The position numbers and the translations under genes were made by a program. This document shows, in pieces, positions 50,951-64,000 of a stretch of 64,000 nucleotides of DNA (position 1 is its first letter; each line of letters starts with the position of its first letter). The notes below the pieces were generated by a model. It searched no databases and was not told the origin of the DNA. It saw only the letters and a list, made by a program, of their open reading frames with translations. The stretch is from Phoronis australis (lineage: Eukaryota > Animalia > Phoronida). Location of the stretch: assembly GCA_002633005.1 (NCBI GenBank), contig NMRA01000304.1:27200-91199 (forward strand), in the 5' to 3' direction.

Positions 50951-51971
50951 GGGTGTGCGGTTGGCCTTGTCTAAAATTCTGTGTTTCTAACGAAACAGGG
51001 TTTTCATGTGTTAACATTTCGTAGCTGTGAGTGTAAACTCGAGTTTAAGGCATTAGGACACTTTTGGGTTGGTGGTAAATGCTCAAAATTTTGTGATGTA
51101 GAAATTGTGACTGAGACTATGTGACTGTTGGTTAAAAGGGGTGCATTCCGTGGAGCCAATCTCTTTCCAATTTGAAGAGTTCATGTAAGATCACCACGAA
51201 ATCTCACAAGTGTAGGCAGGCAAAACGCTTGGCACTGAAGTGATTGGATGGTAAGGCCGGAATGTTGAATTATGGATGTAAACTTTCTATTTCCGTTCCA
51301 TACACTAAGCTTTCTGGTGTAGATCTCGTCCCAGGTCTTCCCTTGTCTTCCTTAAAAACAATATTTTGTTGCAATATAGTGAGTGTAGTTTAATTTGTGT
51401 GTGTGACTAATTAGTGAATTTTCACCATTAATGTTCATCTTGCACAAAGTCGATCTGTTTCTGCAACTGTCTAAACATCAACCAATCGGGTAAATTGCGA
51501 ACTTTAAGGTGAATTATCTTGGTTACCCTCTTTTGCATATATTCCTCCTTCAGAGGTGAGAATAAATGTTGTGGTTATCACTCTCCTCACCAATAGGTCA
51601 AACTTATCATCACTTATTTACTGTCTGTTTCAACGTAAACAGCCACTTTCCGCTATCTTGTGTAATTTTTTGTATTGAAAATAATTATAGTTTTAATTAT
51701 CAATCTGACATCTTTCTGAGGTAACAAAAATCATCGTTGGCTTTTTATTATTTTGTGATTGAAAGTAGTATTAGTCTGTGTTTGTGAGACAAAACGGGTT
51801 GGGACACAATGCAGCAGAAAGCCTGTGTGTTATACAATTATATAACAATAACATAGTAAAGACACATATTTTAACTATTCAAAGTTCTATTGGGTGCTTC
51901 ATCAGTAGGTCAAAAATGGCTAACTTCAAAGTAAAAGGTAACACTTATGTGTTCCTTTCTTCCTACAGTAT

Positions 51972-52012
51972 GATAATAATAATAATAATAATAATAATTA
52001 TTATTATTATTA
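51972..52012. repeat. (AAT)n(ATT)n palindromic microsatellite
   Basis: Direct reading of the sequence. Confidence 0.85.
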
Positions 52013-55000
52013 TAAGAAAACAAGTGTAGACTTGTCATATTTCTCGGCTATTTTTGTGGGGGTAGCAAAATTAAGCCATAACAATCGACACTCACCATTG
52101 TATGAAATGGGATGTCCTAAGGTAATAGTGGCTTTACGCGCTCAATACAACTTCGAAGTTGGCACTTGTTTGTTGACTGGGGAAGTGATGTGACAAGTCT
52201 GAAAAATCTGTGCTGTATTTTAGTGTGGTGTCCAGGCATTGTTGCTAGTAGTTGACTAGCGTGTTTTTGTAACTTTCGATTCACCTCATTTACATGGTGA
52301 GTCAAGTTTATCATATCCCATTTGTAGCGAATTAGTTAATTTATTAATAATGGATATATGTATTCTACTTGGCCAAAGTCTTGAATTGTTCAAATTTCCT
52401 GTAAGTTTTTGTGGACGTAATATGCAGTAAATATTATGTTGTAAATATATGTATTCAGGTGCACTGGGGAGCTGAAAATTAACAAGGTGGCGCTAGTGTA
52501 GCAAGTGTCCTGCCCTTAGAAATGCCAGCTTTCAAGTAATTACATGGGACCCTTGTCCCACCAATCCTCTCATGGTGGTAATCTGCTTATGTTCTTTCTC
52601 CAGATGGACTATTTCTTCATTCGCACGGTATCTACTACTACTAAAATGTTGATGTTGTGAAGTGCTTTATAGCTTTTGTAGCACTATTATGCAACTCTTT
52701 TTATTGATGTCATTTTTACTAACATTGTGCAGTTTTTATTAATTATGTGTGTAGATATTAGCATTTGACTAATTACCTGTAATGCCATATAATTGTCTTC
52801 AATGTCAGATTCAGTATTAGAATAGTAATTGTTATTAGAAAATGAGACAATTAATGTGTTTGATTATTTTAATAAATCATAATGCATTTATCGCTGTATG
52901 ACATAAAATAACATAAATGAGGTAATTATTAACATAACGGCAGCGAATTGGGTTAGTTACATCACAACAAGACACTTTAGTTGTATAACAAATTATCTAC
53001 TGTAATAATGGTAAGAAAATATCCATTACAATCTCCTATTGAATTTTAAAATTACGACCACAAAGTTAACAAGACTACAATGCTTCACAGAGACCTTGAA
53101 GTGATCAAGTGACTACACCATATCAGCCCATTTCCATCTTATGATCAAAATCCCTACATTCTGTAATGTTACAAAAACCAGTCAGTCTGCAATCCTGGAA
53201 CAACCATATTCTAAGCACCTAAATTTGCACAATTGACTAAAAATGATTGCTACTAACTAACGCAACAGTAAGAAATAAATGTACTTTTGAAAAGGTGGCG
53301 GCCAAATGAAACTGTATTTGTTAGTAGATGGGATAACACTCGTTGCCTTCAACAACTTTAGTCATGTGGAAGGAATTTAAATGCAGTTTTAGCCATATTC
53401 GATAGGTTCTAGTCTATGCCAGTCTCTTTGAAACTTGCATCTCAATGCTGGTATCAGGTGGAAGTGGTTAAAAAATGACGCATCCCCTCCAGCGAAATTT
53501 AATAGTCTGCCGTAATGCCCTCAAATTACAACTATTGAAATGATTAGAACAAAACTCGTTTTTTATGGATGAAAGAAACTGCATTTCTAAGTCCTGGGTG
53601 GGACAGATTTAAGCCCGGAAATGTTGCATTTTGATTTGGAATTGTTGGTAATGAAGAAAAACCAATGATGTTGTATAACAATTGAGAGGCGTCAATGTTG
53701 AGAGGTGACAAAGCAAAAGTTGCTTTTATGTTCTAACTGCAGTAAAGAGTTCTGCATTGGCTGTTATTTACATAATCCTAACTATTTCATGAGGCCAGTA
53801 CAATTGAAGCAGTGTTGCTTCAAACATTCATGACTCAATTGACTTCTTTGTTTACCAAATAAACAGCGCAAGAAGACTTGAACATTAACTAACTTGGGAA
53901 TCAATCTAGGTTTGATGCAAATGATACAAAATAATCAAAAACATGAAAATACATTTTCCTATTACAATTAGCATGATTATAAACTAAGGTTACAGACTAC
54001 CAACATACTTAAAAAGAAACACAAACCATAAAAAGGACCTGTAACTGGTTTCACAAGGCCACACTTCAGACAAGGCCGAGATTCTAAATTTACTGTCTGG
54101 ATTCATGTGACATCTATGGTTAGAAAAAGAAACCAGCCTATTTCCCACCTTGGTGATTGCCACATTGCTTTTGGAAATTTAAAGTAATGTTAGATTTCCG
54201 TTATCTACAACTTTCAGTGATCACGGGGCTACCCTTCATGTCATTGCTTTGTTTGTCTGTGTAGTTCTTCCCCCATGCACTTTCAGAACAACCACATTCC
54301 AGTTTTGCTCTGCAGCACCTAAAGGAGACTTGTATGCAATTGTTACTGTGCTTCCAACATTTGTTTTTTTTAATAGGTGCCGCATAATAATGTAATTAAG
54401 ACTTTTCAAAGCCGCAAAGCATGTTCTGGTGTTAAAAACATCCAAGTTTCTTCACAGGTGATTTTGCTCTTCCAAAACAACATGATAGTATTCTTATCTA
54501 TTACTTTCAATAAATTTCCGGACAACAAGTTAGTGACTGAAACTAGGCTGCACTTACAAGTAACAATGGGCATGGTATGAAGCAATAACAATAACCCCTC
54601 AGTTCTGAGGACTATAATTTACTTCTTAAAGAGCATAGATGAAACTACATGGCCTGAAACAACAATTGGTTTCTGCCGGACAATGGGCCAGTTTATTGTT
54701 CTTTTAACCACCTAAATATCCCTAAAATGTAGTTTTATTTGTAAAACAAATCGTGAAATTTGTGTCACAGAGTATTCCGAGCAAAACTATATGTGAAACC
54801 AAGCACAGGTTCTTTCAGGTCAAACGCAATTAATGATTGTATTAATAATAGTAGCACCAACGACAATTAAACTTTCACTATAAGCAGACGTACAGATAAC
54901 TCCTGTTACAGATATAAATAAAAGAATTATCAGTGTTCCTTCAAACAGAAGACTAACAGAAGCACTGCTAAAAAAAATAGAGTTCAACTTTTGAACGAAG

Positions 55001-55869
55001 TTAACAGAGAATAAATAAGAATGTTTCTAACAAAAGCCGATCTCCGGCAGAGTTAGGGGTGGGAATAAGATAGAAAAATAGAAACCTAAGCTTGCACACA
55101 GAGACCACAAAATGCTATCCATGAAAATTTCATTAATTTTTTCACTTATCAAGCTGTTGATAACCTTTAGCTGCAATGCTAAAAAAATTGCATATTTAGT
55201 TTGACACTTTCATGGATGGCATTTTTTGTGTCACCCAGTACTATAAGTTTTAAGATGTTTCTGCAGCGAAAGTATGTCAAAGACACAATGCAATGTAATT
55301 ATATACTTAAAAAGGCTATACAAATATGAACAACTCTGTCCAAGTAAAAATTTAAAAAAGCAAAATTAGTCATTAATAGAGATTGCATTCAGTCTAGTGC
55401 GTCTATAAATTCACAATCCACCAGACAAAGTCCTGTGACAAATGGCTGCCATACAGAGAACTGGCAGCTGCTACAAGTAAACAGAAGCCCAACACGCCTC
55501 ACTCAGATCTCCTTTAACAACTGGGGCCCCATTTCTCCCCAAATCAGATTTTTCGCAAATCTGAGCATCCATCACAAGCTATTCTAAAGACCCAGAGGTT
55601 ACAATCACTGACGCATAAGCACCCTTCTTGCCAGAAATTGAACTTCATCTTGACAAGATTGACTTGGTCAGCTGCTGCCACAGTCCAACTCACTAAATTG
55701 CACATAAAATCCAGGGCGTGAAAGGGGACCCAGATGCACTTTCATATCGAAGAGTGCGACATAATGGAAGGCTGATATTTTACCAAAACGATAATCTTTA
55801 TGATTTAAAAATCACATGCATTTATCGGGGTTAATACTGTAAGCCGTCTGGTTGGCTCTGGCGGCAAAT

Positions 55870-55912
55870 TCAGAAACCAGGTTCATCAGAGTGCACTCGC
55901 ATTTGAGCCAAC
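55870..55912 (-). CDS. Duplicate (allelic) copy of the terminal coding exon of the LDLRAP1-like gene
   Basis: Identical to 60692-60734: tttcag|G TTG GCT CAA ATG CGA ... TTC TGA. Confidence 0.55.
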
Positions 55913-57154
55913 CTGAAATATAAATTTCAAATGATATGTACACACCCCATCAGCCGGATTCTTTTGGACAACAGCAGGGTGTTTACAAAACACAGTCCTT
56001 TAACATTGCAAGAAGATTACATATACACGTTCTGGCCACCCATCAAATTATCGTAGAATATCACTGACACAAGGCTGGGTAGAGTTGAGTTATGTTAGGA
56101 CCTAGCTAAAAAGCAAGACTTCGCGAGATATTGCCATGTATTTTAAATGAGAACACATGATTTTGGCTAGAGTTTTCAAGGTGATGCCTTTAACATAATG
56201 TAGGAATTCAATTCTGACGTGTTAACCTTTCAACGTATTTAAAGTGGCATTTCTCCCTGTTCACTTGGCTAAGACAGGAAAATCCAATTGAGCTCGAGAA
56301 AACACTTTAAATCTTATTGGAGTTGGTCAACAAATTTCAAAATGGCAGACGTAGGCATTTCTTGTGACTTGAGTTTGTGACAGAAATGAAATCCTATAAC
56401 TTTTAATAGTTAGGACACAGATTTCATGACACTGAAAGGCCCAATTCGACTCGTATTTTGCCTGCTAAACAGGCCGGTGAAATGCAGCTTAAATAAATAA
56501 ATAATTTGTTCACACAACTCAAATACTTATCATTTCAGAACAGCGGTATTTCCAGATTTCACGTTAATTTGTCACACATTTGGTGACCTAGGAATTCAAA
56601 GTCAGTTTGTTTTCTTGAAACCTCTGCGAGCCAACAAGTCACCGCTTTCATTTATTACACACTTCTCACGTGAAGAGAGAGCTGCGATTTACTATTACTA
56701 GCAACAGACAAGGATGGTCAGTTTCTGTTGCATATGTGTAGCCTCTTTAGCATGTATTGATTTTTCTCAGAGATTGACTATTTAGGCCAAGTGTGGCTGG
56801 GCAACAGAAGATTTAAATAAATAATTGAATACAGACATGTGTGTCAGTGATGTCACTAATCACAAAGAAACCCGTGAGTCAACACACTATGATAAAAACG
56901 ACACTACAGAGGACAAGAAAATATTCAGTTATTGTCAACCTTTGGGAAGTCTTTTCCCGATTTACATAACGCTAAACCCTCGTGAGAGACCGCCCCGAGT
57001 TGGCTGCTGGAGCAACTCGGGGCGGTCTGGGATCAAGCGGAAAAACCACAGGGTAAATCTGTGGTCGACGAATCTATTCGGTCGATTACATTTTATTGCC
57101 CGTGAAGCCGCTAAGGGCTGCCTGAAGAAATATGACTCGCGCGTTTGTATTTTC

Positions 57155-58096
57155 NNNNNNNNNNNNNNNNNNNNNNNNNNNNNNNNNNNNNNNNNNNNNN
57201 NNNNNNNNNNNNNNNNNNNNNNNNNNNNNNNNNNNNNNNNNNNNNNNNNNNNNNNNNNNNNNNNNNNNNNNNNNNNNNNNNNNNNNNNNNNNNNNNNNNN
57301 NNNNNNNNNNNNNNNNNNNNNNNNNNNNNNNNNNNNNNNNNNNNNNNNNNNNNNNNNNNNNNNNNNNNNNNNNNNNNNNNNNNNNNNNNNNNNNNNNNNN
57401 NNNNNNNNNNNNNNNNNNNNNNNNNNNNNNNNNNNNNNNNNNNNNNNNNNNNNNNNNNNNNNNNNNNNNNNNNNNNNNNNNNNNNNNNNNNNNNNNNNNN
57501 NNNNNNNNNNNNNNNNNNNNNNNNNNNNNNNNNNNNNNNNNNNNNNNNNNNNNNNNNNNNNNNNNNNNNNNNNNNNNNNNNNNNNNNNNNNNNNNNNNNN
57601 NNNNNNNNNNNNNNNNNNNNNNNNNNNNNNNNNNNNNNNNNNNNNNNNNNNNNNNNNNNNNNNNNNNNNNNNNNNNNNNNNNNNNNNNNNNNNNNNNNNN
57701 NNNNNNNNNNNNNNNNNNNNNNNNNNNNNNNNNNNNNNNNNNNNNNNNNNNNNNNNNNNNNNNNNNNNNNNNNNNNNNNNNNNNNNNNNNNNNNNNNNNN
57801 NNNNNNNNNNNNNNNNNNNNNNNNNNNNNNNNNNNNNNNNNNNNNNNNNNNNNNNNNNNNNNNNNNNNNNNNNNNNNNNNNNNNNNNNNNNNNNNNNNNN
57901 NNNNNNNNNNNNNNNNNNNNNNNNNNNNNNNNNNNNNNNNNNNNNNNNNNNNNNNNNNNNNNNNNNNNNNNNNNNNNNNNNNNNNNNNNNNNNNNNNNNN
58001 NNNNNNNNNNNNNNNNNNNNNNNNNNNNNNNNNNNNNNNNNNNNNNNNNNNNNNNNNNNNNNNNNNNNNNNNNNNNNNNNNNNNNNNNNNNNNNNN
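57155..58096. other. Assembly gap (942 N)
   Basis: Run of N. Confidence 1.
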
Positions 58097-60691
58097 AACG
58101 CAACAGTAAGAAATAAATGTACTTTTGAAAAGGTGGGGGCCAAATGAAACTGTATTTGTTAGTAGATGGGATAACACTCGTTGCCTTCAACAACTTTAGT
58201 CATGTGGAAGGAATTTAAATGCAGTTTTAGCCATATTCGATAGGTTCTAGTCTATGCCAGTCTCTTTGAAACTTGCATCTCAATGCTGGTATCAGGTGGA
58301 AGTGGTTAAAAAATGACGCATCCCCTCCAGCGAAATTTAATAGTCTGCCATAATGCACTCAAATTACAACTATTGAAATGATTAGAACAAAACACGTTTT
58401 TATGGATGAAAGAAACTGCATTTCTAAGTCCTGGGTGGGACAGATTTAAGCCCGGAAATGTTGCATTATACGGATTTGGAATTGTTGGTAATGAAAAACC
58501 AATGATGTTGTATAACCATTGAGAGGCGTCAATGTTGAGAGGTGACGAAGCAAAAGTTGCTTTTATGTTCTAACTGCAGTAAAGAGTTCTGCATTGGCTG
58601 TTATTTACATATTCCTAACTATTTCATGAGGCCAGTACAATTGAAGCAGTGTTGCTTCAAACATTCATGACTCAATTGACTTCTTTGTTTTACCAAATAA
58701 ACAGCGCAAGAAGACTTGAACATTAACTAACTTGGGAAAATGCAAATGACACAAAATATCAAAAACATAAAATACATTTTCCTATTACAATCAGCATGAT
58801 TACAAACTAAGGTTACAAACTACAAACATACTTAAAAAGAAACACAAACCATAAAAAGGACCTGTAACTGGTTTCACAAGGACACACTTCAGACAAGGCT
58901 GAGATTCTAAATTTACTGTCTGGATTCAAGTGACATCTATGGTTAGAAAAAGAAACCAGCCTATTTCCCACCTTGGTGATTGCCACATTGCTTTTGGAAA
59001 TTTAAAGTAATGTATGTTAGATTTCCGTTATCTACAACTTTCAGTGATCACGGGGCAACCCTTCATGTCATTGCTTTGTTTGTCTCTAGGTGTAGTTCTT
59101 CCCCCATGCACTTTCCATTTTTGCTCTGCAGCACCTAAAGGAGACTTGTATGCAATTGTTACTGTGCTTCCAACATTTGTTTTTTTAACAGGTACCGCAT
59201 AATAATGTAATTAAGACTTTTCAAAGCCATAAAGCATGTTCTGGTGTTAAAAACATCCAAGTTTCTTCACAGGTGATTTTGCTCTTCCAAAACAACATTA
59301 TAGTATTCTTATCTATTACTTTCAATAAATTTCCGGACAACAAGTTAGTGACTGAAACTAACCTGCACTTACAAGTAACAATGGACATGGTATGAAGCAA
59401 TAACAATAACCCCTCAGTTCTTCCGAGGACTATAATTTACTTCTAATTCAAGTAAAGAGCGTAGATGAAACTATGTGGCGTGAAACAACAATTGGTTTCT
59501 GCGGACAATGGGCCAGTTTATTGTCTTTTTAACCACCTAAATATCCCTAAAATGTTTTATTTGTAAAACATATCATGTGAAACTTGTGTCACAGAGTATT
59601 CTCAGCAAAACTACCGGTATGTGAAACCAGGCACAGGTTCTTTCAGGTCAAACGCAATTAATGATTGTATTAATAATAGTAGCACCAACGACAATTAAAC
59701 TTTCACTATAAGCAGACGTACAGATAACTCCTGTTACAGATATCAATAAAAGAATTATCAATGTTCCTTCAAACAGAAGACTAACAGAAGCACTGCTAAA
59801 AAAACTAGAGTTCAATTTTTGAAGTTAACAGAGAATAAATAAGAATGTTTCTAACAAAAGCCGATCTCTGGCAGAGTTAGGGGTGGGAATAAGATAGAAA
59901 AATAGAAACCTAAGCTTGCACACAGAGACCACAAAATGCTATCCATGAAAATTTCATTAATTTTTTCACTTATCAAGCTGTTGATAACCTTTAGCTGCAA
60001 TGCTAAAAAATTGCATATTTAGTTTGACACTTTCATGGATGGCATTTTTTGTGTCACCCAGTACTATAAGTTTTAAGATGTTTCTGCAGCTAAAGTATGT
60101 CAAAGACACAATGCAATGTAATTATATACTTAAAAAGGCTATACAAATATGACCAACTCTGTCCAAGTAAAAATTTAAAAAAACAAAATTTGTCATTAAT
60201 AGAGATTGCATTCAGTCTAGTGCGTCTATAAATTCACATTCCACCAGACAAAGTCCTGTTACAAATGGCTGCCATACAGAGAACTGGCAGCCGCTACAAG
60301 TAAACAGAAGCCCAATACGCCTCACTCAGATCTCCTTTAACAACTGGGGCCCCATTTCTCCCCAAATCAGATTTTTCGCAAATTTGAGCATCCATCACAA
60401 GCTATTCTAAAGACCCAGAGGTTACAATCACTGACGCATAAGCACCCGTCCTGCCAGATATTGAACTTCATCTTGACAAGATTGACTTGGTCAGCTGCTG
60501 TCAAAGTCCAACTCACTAAATTGCACATAAAATCCAGGGCATGAAAGGGGACTCAGATACACTTTCATATCGAAGAGTGCGACATAATGGAAGGCTGAGA
60601 TTTTACCAAAACGATAATCTTTATGATTTAAAAATCACATGCATTTATCGGATTAATACTGTAAGCCGTCTGGTTGGCTCTGGCGGCAAAT

Positions 60692-63114
60692 TCAGAAACC
60701 AGGTTCATCAGAGTGCACTCGCATTTGAGCCAACCTGAAATATAAATTTCAAATGATATGTACACAGCCCATCAGCCGGATTCTTTTGGACAATAGCAGG
60801 GTGCTAACAAAACACAGTCCTTTAACATTGCAAGAAGATTACATATACACGTTCTGGCCACCCATCAAATTATCGTAGAATATCACTGACACAAGGCTGG
60901 GTAGAGTTGAGTTATGCTAGGACCTAGCTAAAAAAGCAAGACTTCGCGAGATATTGCCATGTATTTTAAATGAGAACACATGATTTTGGCTAGATATTTC
61001 AAGGTGATGCCTTTAACATAATGTAGGAATTCAATTCTGACGTGTTAACCTTTCAACGTATTTAAAGTGGCATTTCTCCCTGTTCACTTGGCTAAGACAG
61101 GAAAATCCAATTGGGCTCGAGAAAACACTTCAGATCTTATTGGAGTTGGTCAACAAATTTCAAAATGGCAGACGTAGGCATTTCTTGTGACTTGAGTTTG
61201 TGACAGAAATGAAATCCTATAACTTTTAACAGTATTAGGACACAGATTTCATGACACTAAAAGGCCCAATTGACTCGTATTTTACCTGTTAAACAGGCCG
61301 GTGAAATGCAGCTTAAATAAATAAATAATTTGTTCACACAACTCAATTACTTATCATTTCAAACAGCGGTATTTCCAGATTTCACGTTAATTTGTCACAC
61401 ATTTGGTGACCTAGGTATTCAAAGTCAGTTTGTTTTCTTGAAACCTCTGCGAGCCAACAAGTCACCGCTTTCATTTATTACACACTTCTCACGTGAAGAG
61501 AGAGCTGTGATTCACTATTACTAGCAACAGACAAGGATGGTCAGTTTCTGTTGCATATGTGTAGCCTCTTTAGCATGTATTGATTTTTCTCAGAGATTGA
61601 CTATTTAGGCCAAGTGTGGCTGGGCAACAGAAGATTTAAGTAAATAATTGAATACAGACATGTGTATCAGTGACGTCACTAATCACAAAGAAACCCGTGA
61701 GTCAACACGCTATGATAAAAACGACACTACAGAGGACAAGAAAATATTCAGTTATTGTCAACCTTTGGGAAGTCTTTTCCTGATTTATTAAATAACTTTT
61801 CAACTTTGACTCATATCCCCCATTACTGAAAATAAATTCATGGAACTAAATGTTGCGCAATTGTTAACAATTACATGACCGCTGTATTTTTTGAAAATTG
61901 CAAAACCTAAGAAATGAATTTTCAGAATAATTTGGACGTCACAAACTACGGACTGTTCGAAAGTAAAGAAGTTCAATGGTAATCAAATAACTGCTGTCCT
62001 CTTGTAATGGGTAAGGATGTTTTACCATGAGAAATTGAGAGCAGAAAACAACTCACTTTGAGAAACTATCTTCCAGGTTAAACACCTCTTCAATGTTACG
62101 TTCTTTGGTGTCGGTCGAGGTATCATTGACCTGTACCAGTGGTTCATTCGAGGTATCGCTGACCTGTACCAGTGGAACAGTTAAGGGACTAGAACACGGT
62201 GAACTCAATGACTGACTGCAAGGGCTAGACGTAGGAGTGCTATCAAGAGATGATCTCGGTAACCCGGGGTGAGGAGCTTGAAAGATGGGACTGTCGGTGT
62301 TGATACGGACCACGTCAGGATTTTTCTGGAATTAGAATTGAAATAGGTTGATTTTGGTATGGAGAATCTGATAACAGAAAAATATCTAAATAAAACTGGT
62401 CCTAACAACAATAATATACAGTTCTGAGTCCTCACTTCCAATAACGAGGTGATGTCACTCAGCAAAATTGGGGCTGCCAATATTTATTTGCAGTAATTGT
62501 GTTTTATTAAAGGCTTAGGCCTCATAGCCATACTGTCCACTTAACAGATGTATTTTCCAAACGTTCATGAAAATACTTAAGGGAACTCTGAAACACAAAA
62601 GCAAGAACAAAGCTCTAAATCTGCCAGCAGGGGGCAACAGTGCAGCCAGATCCATCTGTAAGTTGTTGTCACCCATTGTCACGCTCACCAAAATACATTT
62701 GCCACAATGATCCTGCAAGGGGTTTAAGTTCAGACAGATGGACGCTAGACAGTTATGATGGCAATACGTGGTCTTACACACACTTGTGACCGCATAAAAA
62801 AGATTCAATTCTGATAAACAAATTTCTTTATCGACCAATATCGCAAGCGCATTGAATAAATGTACTCAATTCAGGCGTTATTCTTAGGTCCTTCTCCCAA
62901 ACTTGAAAAAGGTTCACATACCACATTATCACTTAGTTCTTTTTCCTTGTCATTGGCAACACTGAACGCCTGAGCAACCGTCAGAGTGACGGCATGAGCC
63001 ATTTTTCGGTTATCACATAAAAATGCATGGCATTCCATCGTTTCATTCTCTGTATTCCTTACAATGAAGGCAAACACCTTTTCGTGATGTTTGTCAGCTG
63101 TGCAAAAACATATC
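60692..63114 (-). CDS. LDLRAP1: LDLRAP1/ARH-like PTB-domain endocytic adaptor, 3' part; exons 63114-62922, 62325-62057, 60734-60692 (5' exons beyond the window)
   Basis: RICFCTADKHHEKVFAFIVRN...MECHAFLCDNRKMAHAVTLTVAQAF matches the ARH PTB C-terminus. Splicing through phase-compatible GT-AG introns yields LEDSFSKLAQMR, equivalent to the ARH AP-2 beta-binding helix LDEAFSRLAQSR. Confidence 0.88.
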
Positions 63115-64000
63115 CTGCAAACAAGTGGAAAAGAATGTTCAAGCATAGCTGCAGAAGAAAATAATATAATACACCGACCAATGCAACCATCAACCAATGA
63201 GGGTAAAGCATACATTTTACACAAACTGTTTCAAGAGTTCCAACGGTGTTACAAAAGGTCACCCCCTAACAATTCAATAATGCGCTGAATTCTTGTCCAG
63301 CATATATTAATATTTGACTATACTGACACCCATTTATTTCGTGAAAAAAAAAGAAATTTGAAAATAGCGATTTGCACATTTCTCAATTACAATTTTATAA
63401 ATGGCACAGTTTATAGTAGAAGTGCCCAACCCAATTTTGTGTTTATTTGTCACTGGGCCCCATTTACAGGAGCATGCAGCTACCGTGTCCACCCACGTAG
63501 ACATGCTGATATCTAATTACAGTTTAGAGCGAGGTAAATGAAAAGTAACATGTGTAATAATGAGCTTATAAAGCTTTGTACAATTAAAGTTGCTTTCATC
63601 CTGCTTAGCTGGCTAAAATTAAAATCGAATTAAGCCTTCTACTCTCATAAAACCAGTCTCCAAATATTCTTCACTGTCATCGAAATCCATTTTCCTTACA
63701 AACTCAAGTCACAGGCAAAGCACACATGCACCATTTTCGAATTAGCAATTTTAAAGTTGGCCACCAAGAACTTGGAAACCATCAGCTACTCATGAAACAT
63801 TCTGCATGTCCTGGGACCGTAAATTCAAATGCGATTTTTGTTTAGCCAGCTACACTGAGTGAGATGCAGCTTTAACTAACAAAACTCTGTACAAGCATGC
63901 ATTTCAAATACAGCGGCGCGGGTCTAAATGCGTGTCTTCAATGGATATCAGAATTCACGGATCACCAATTCAATACTGTGAACAAACAGAATTTTCTGCT

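Larger units (their letters stand above)
53259..61787. other. Haplotype-like duplication 53259-56964 / 58097-61787 flanking the scaffold gap
   Basis: About 3.7 kb collinear and highly similar with small indels. The second copy starts at the first base after the gap. Confidence 0.8.

Noticed and set aside
56825-58193. Long ORFs of 320-440 aa in the ORF track
   Set aside because: Artefacts of translating through the N gap.
62871-62921. LDLRAP1-like protein ending at GPKNNA*
   Set aside because: A phase-0 GTATGT donor at 62921 joins to exons that rebuild the conserved AP-2 motif, so this is probably intron read-through.

Overview
This is AT-rich, intron-containing animal DNA. The repeat and gene content suggests a marine invertebrate such as a lophotrochozoan, but that is inference. 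Host genes: a two-exon single-cysteine-cluster Toll-like receptor (minus, 13894-17732), two tandem three-exon TMEM35/NACHO-like paralogs (plus, 41385-44079 and 48143-50950), and the last three coding exons of an LDLRAP1/ARH-like PTB adaptor (minus, 60692-63114). An intact 556-aa ORF with a HECT N-lobe-like region but no catalytic C-lobe (31294-32964) faces what looks like a decayed IS3EU-like transposase and may be an exapted transposon gene. The rest is mobile DNA: a decayed AcademX-like transposon holding a 5'-truncated L1/Tx1-like LINE with a 14-bp TSD, a second L1/Tx1 fragment, an RLE-type non-LTR fragment, Helentron-like (HINE) elements including a self-nested one carrying a tRNA-SINE, and many MITEs. 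Three near-identical duplications abut N positions and look like uncollapsed haplotypes. Best leads: (1) the selectively preserved HECT-like ORF, (2) a Z-loop-like insert with two furin sites in the TLR ectodomain, (3) a frameshift in TMEM35 paralog A that replaces its tail yet still ends in a KKxx ER-retrieval motif. All alignments were made by eye and no database searches were run.
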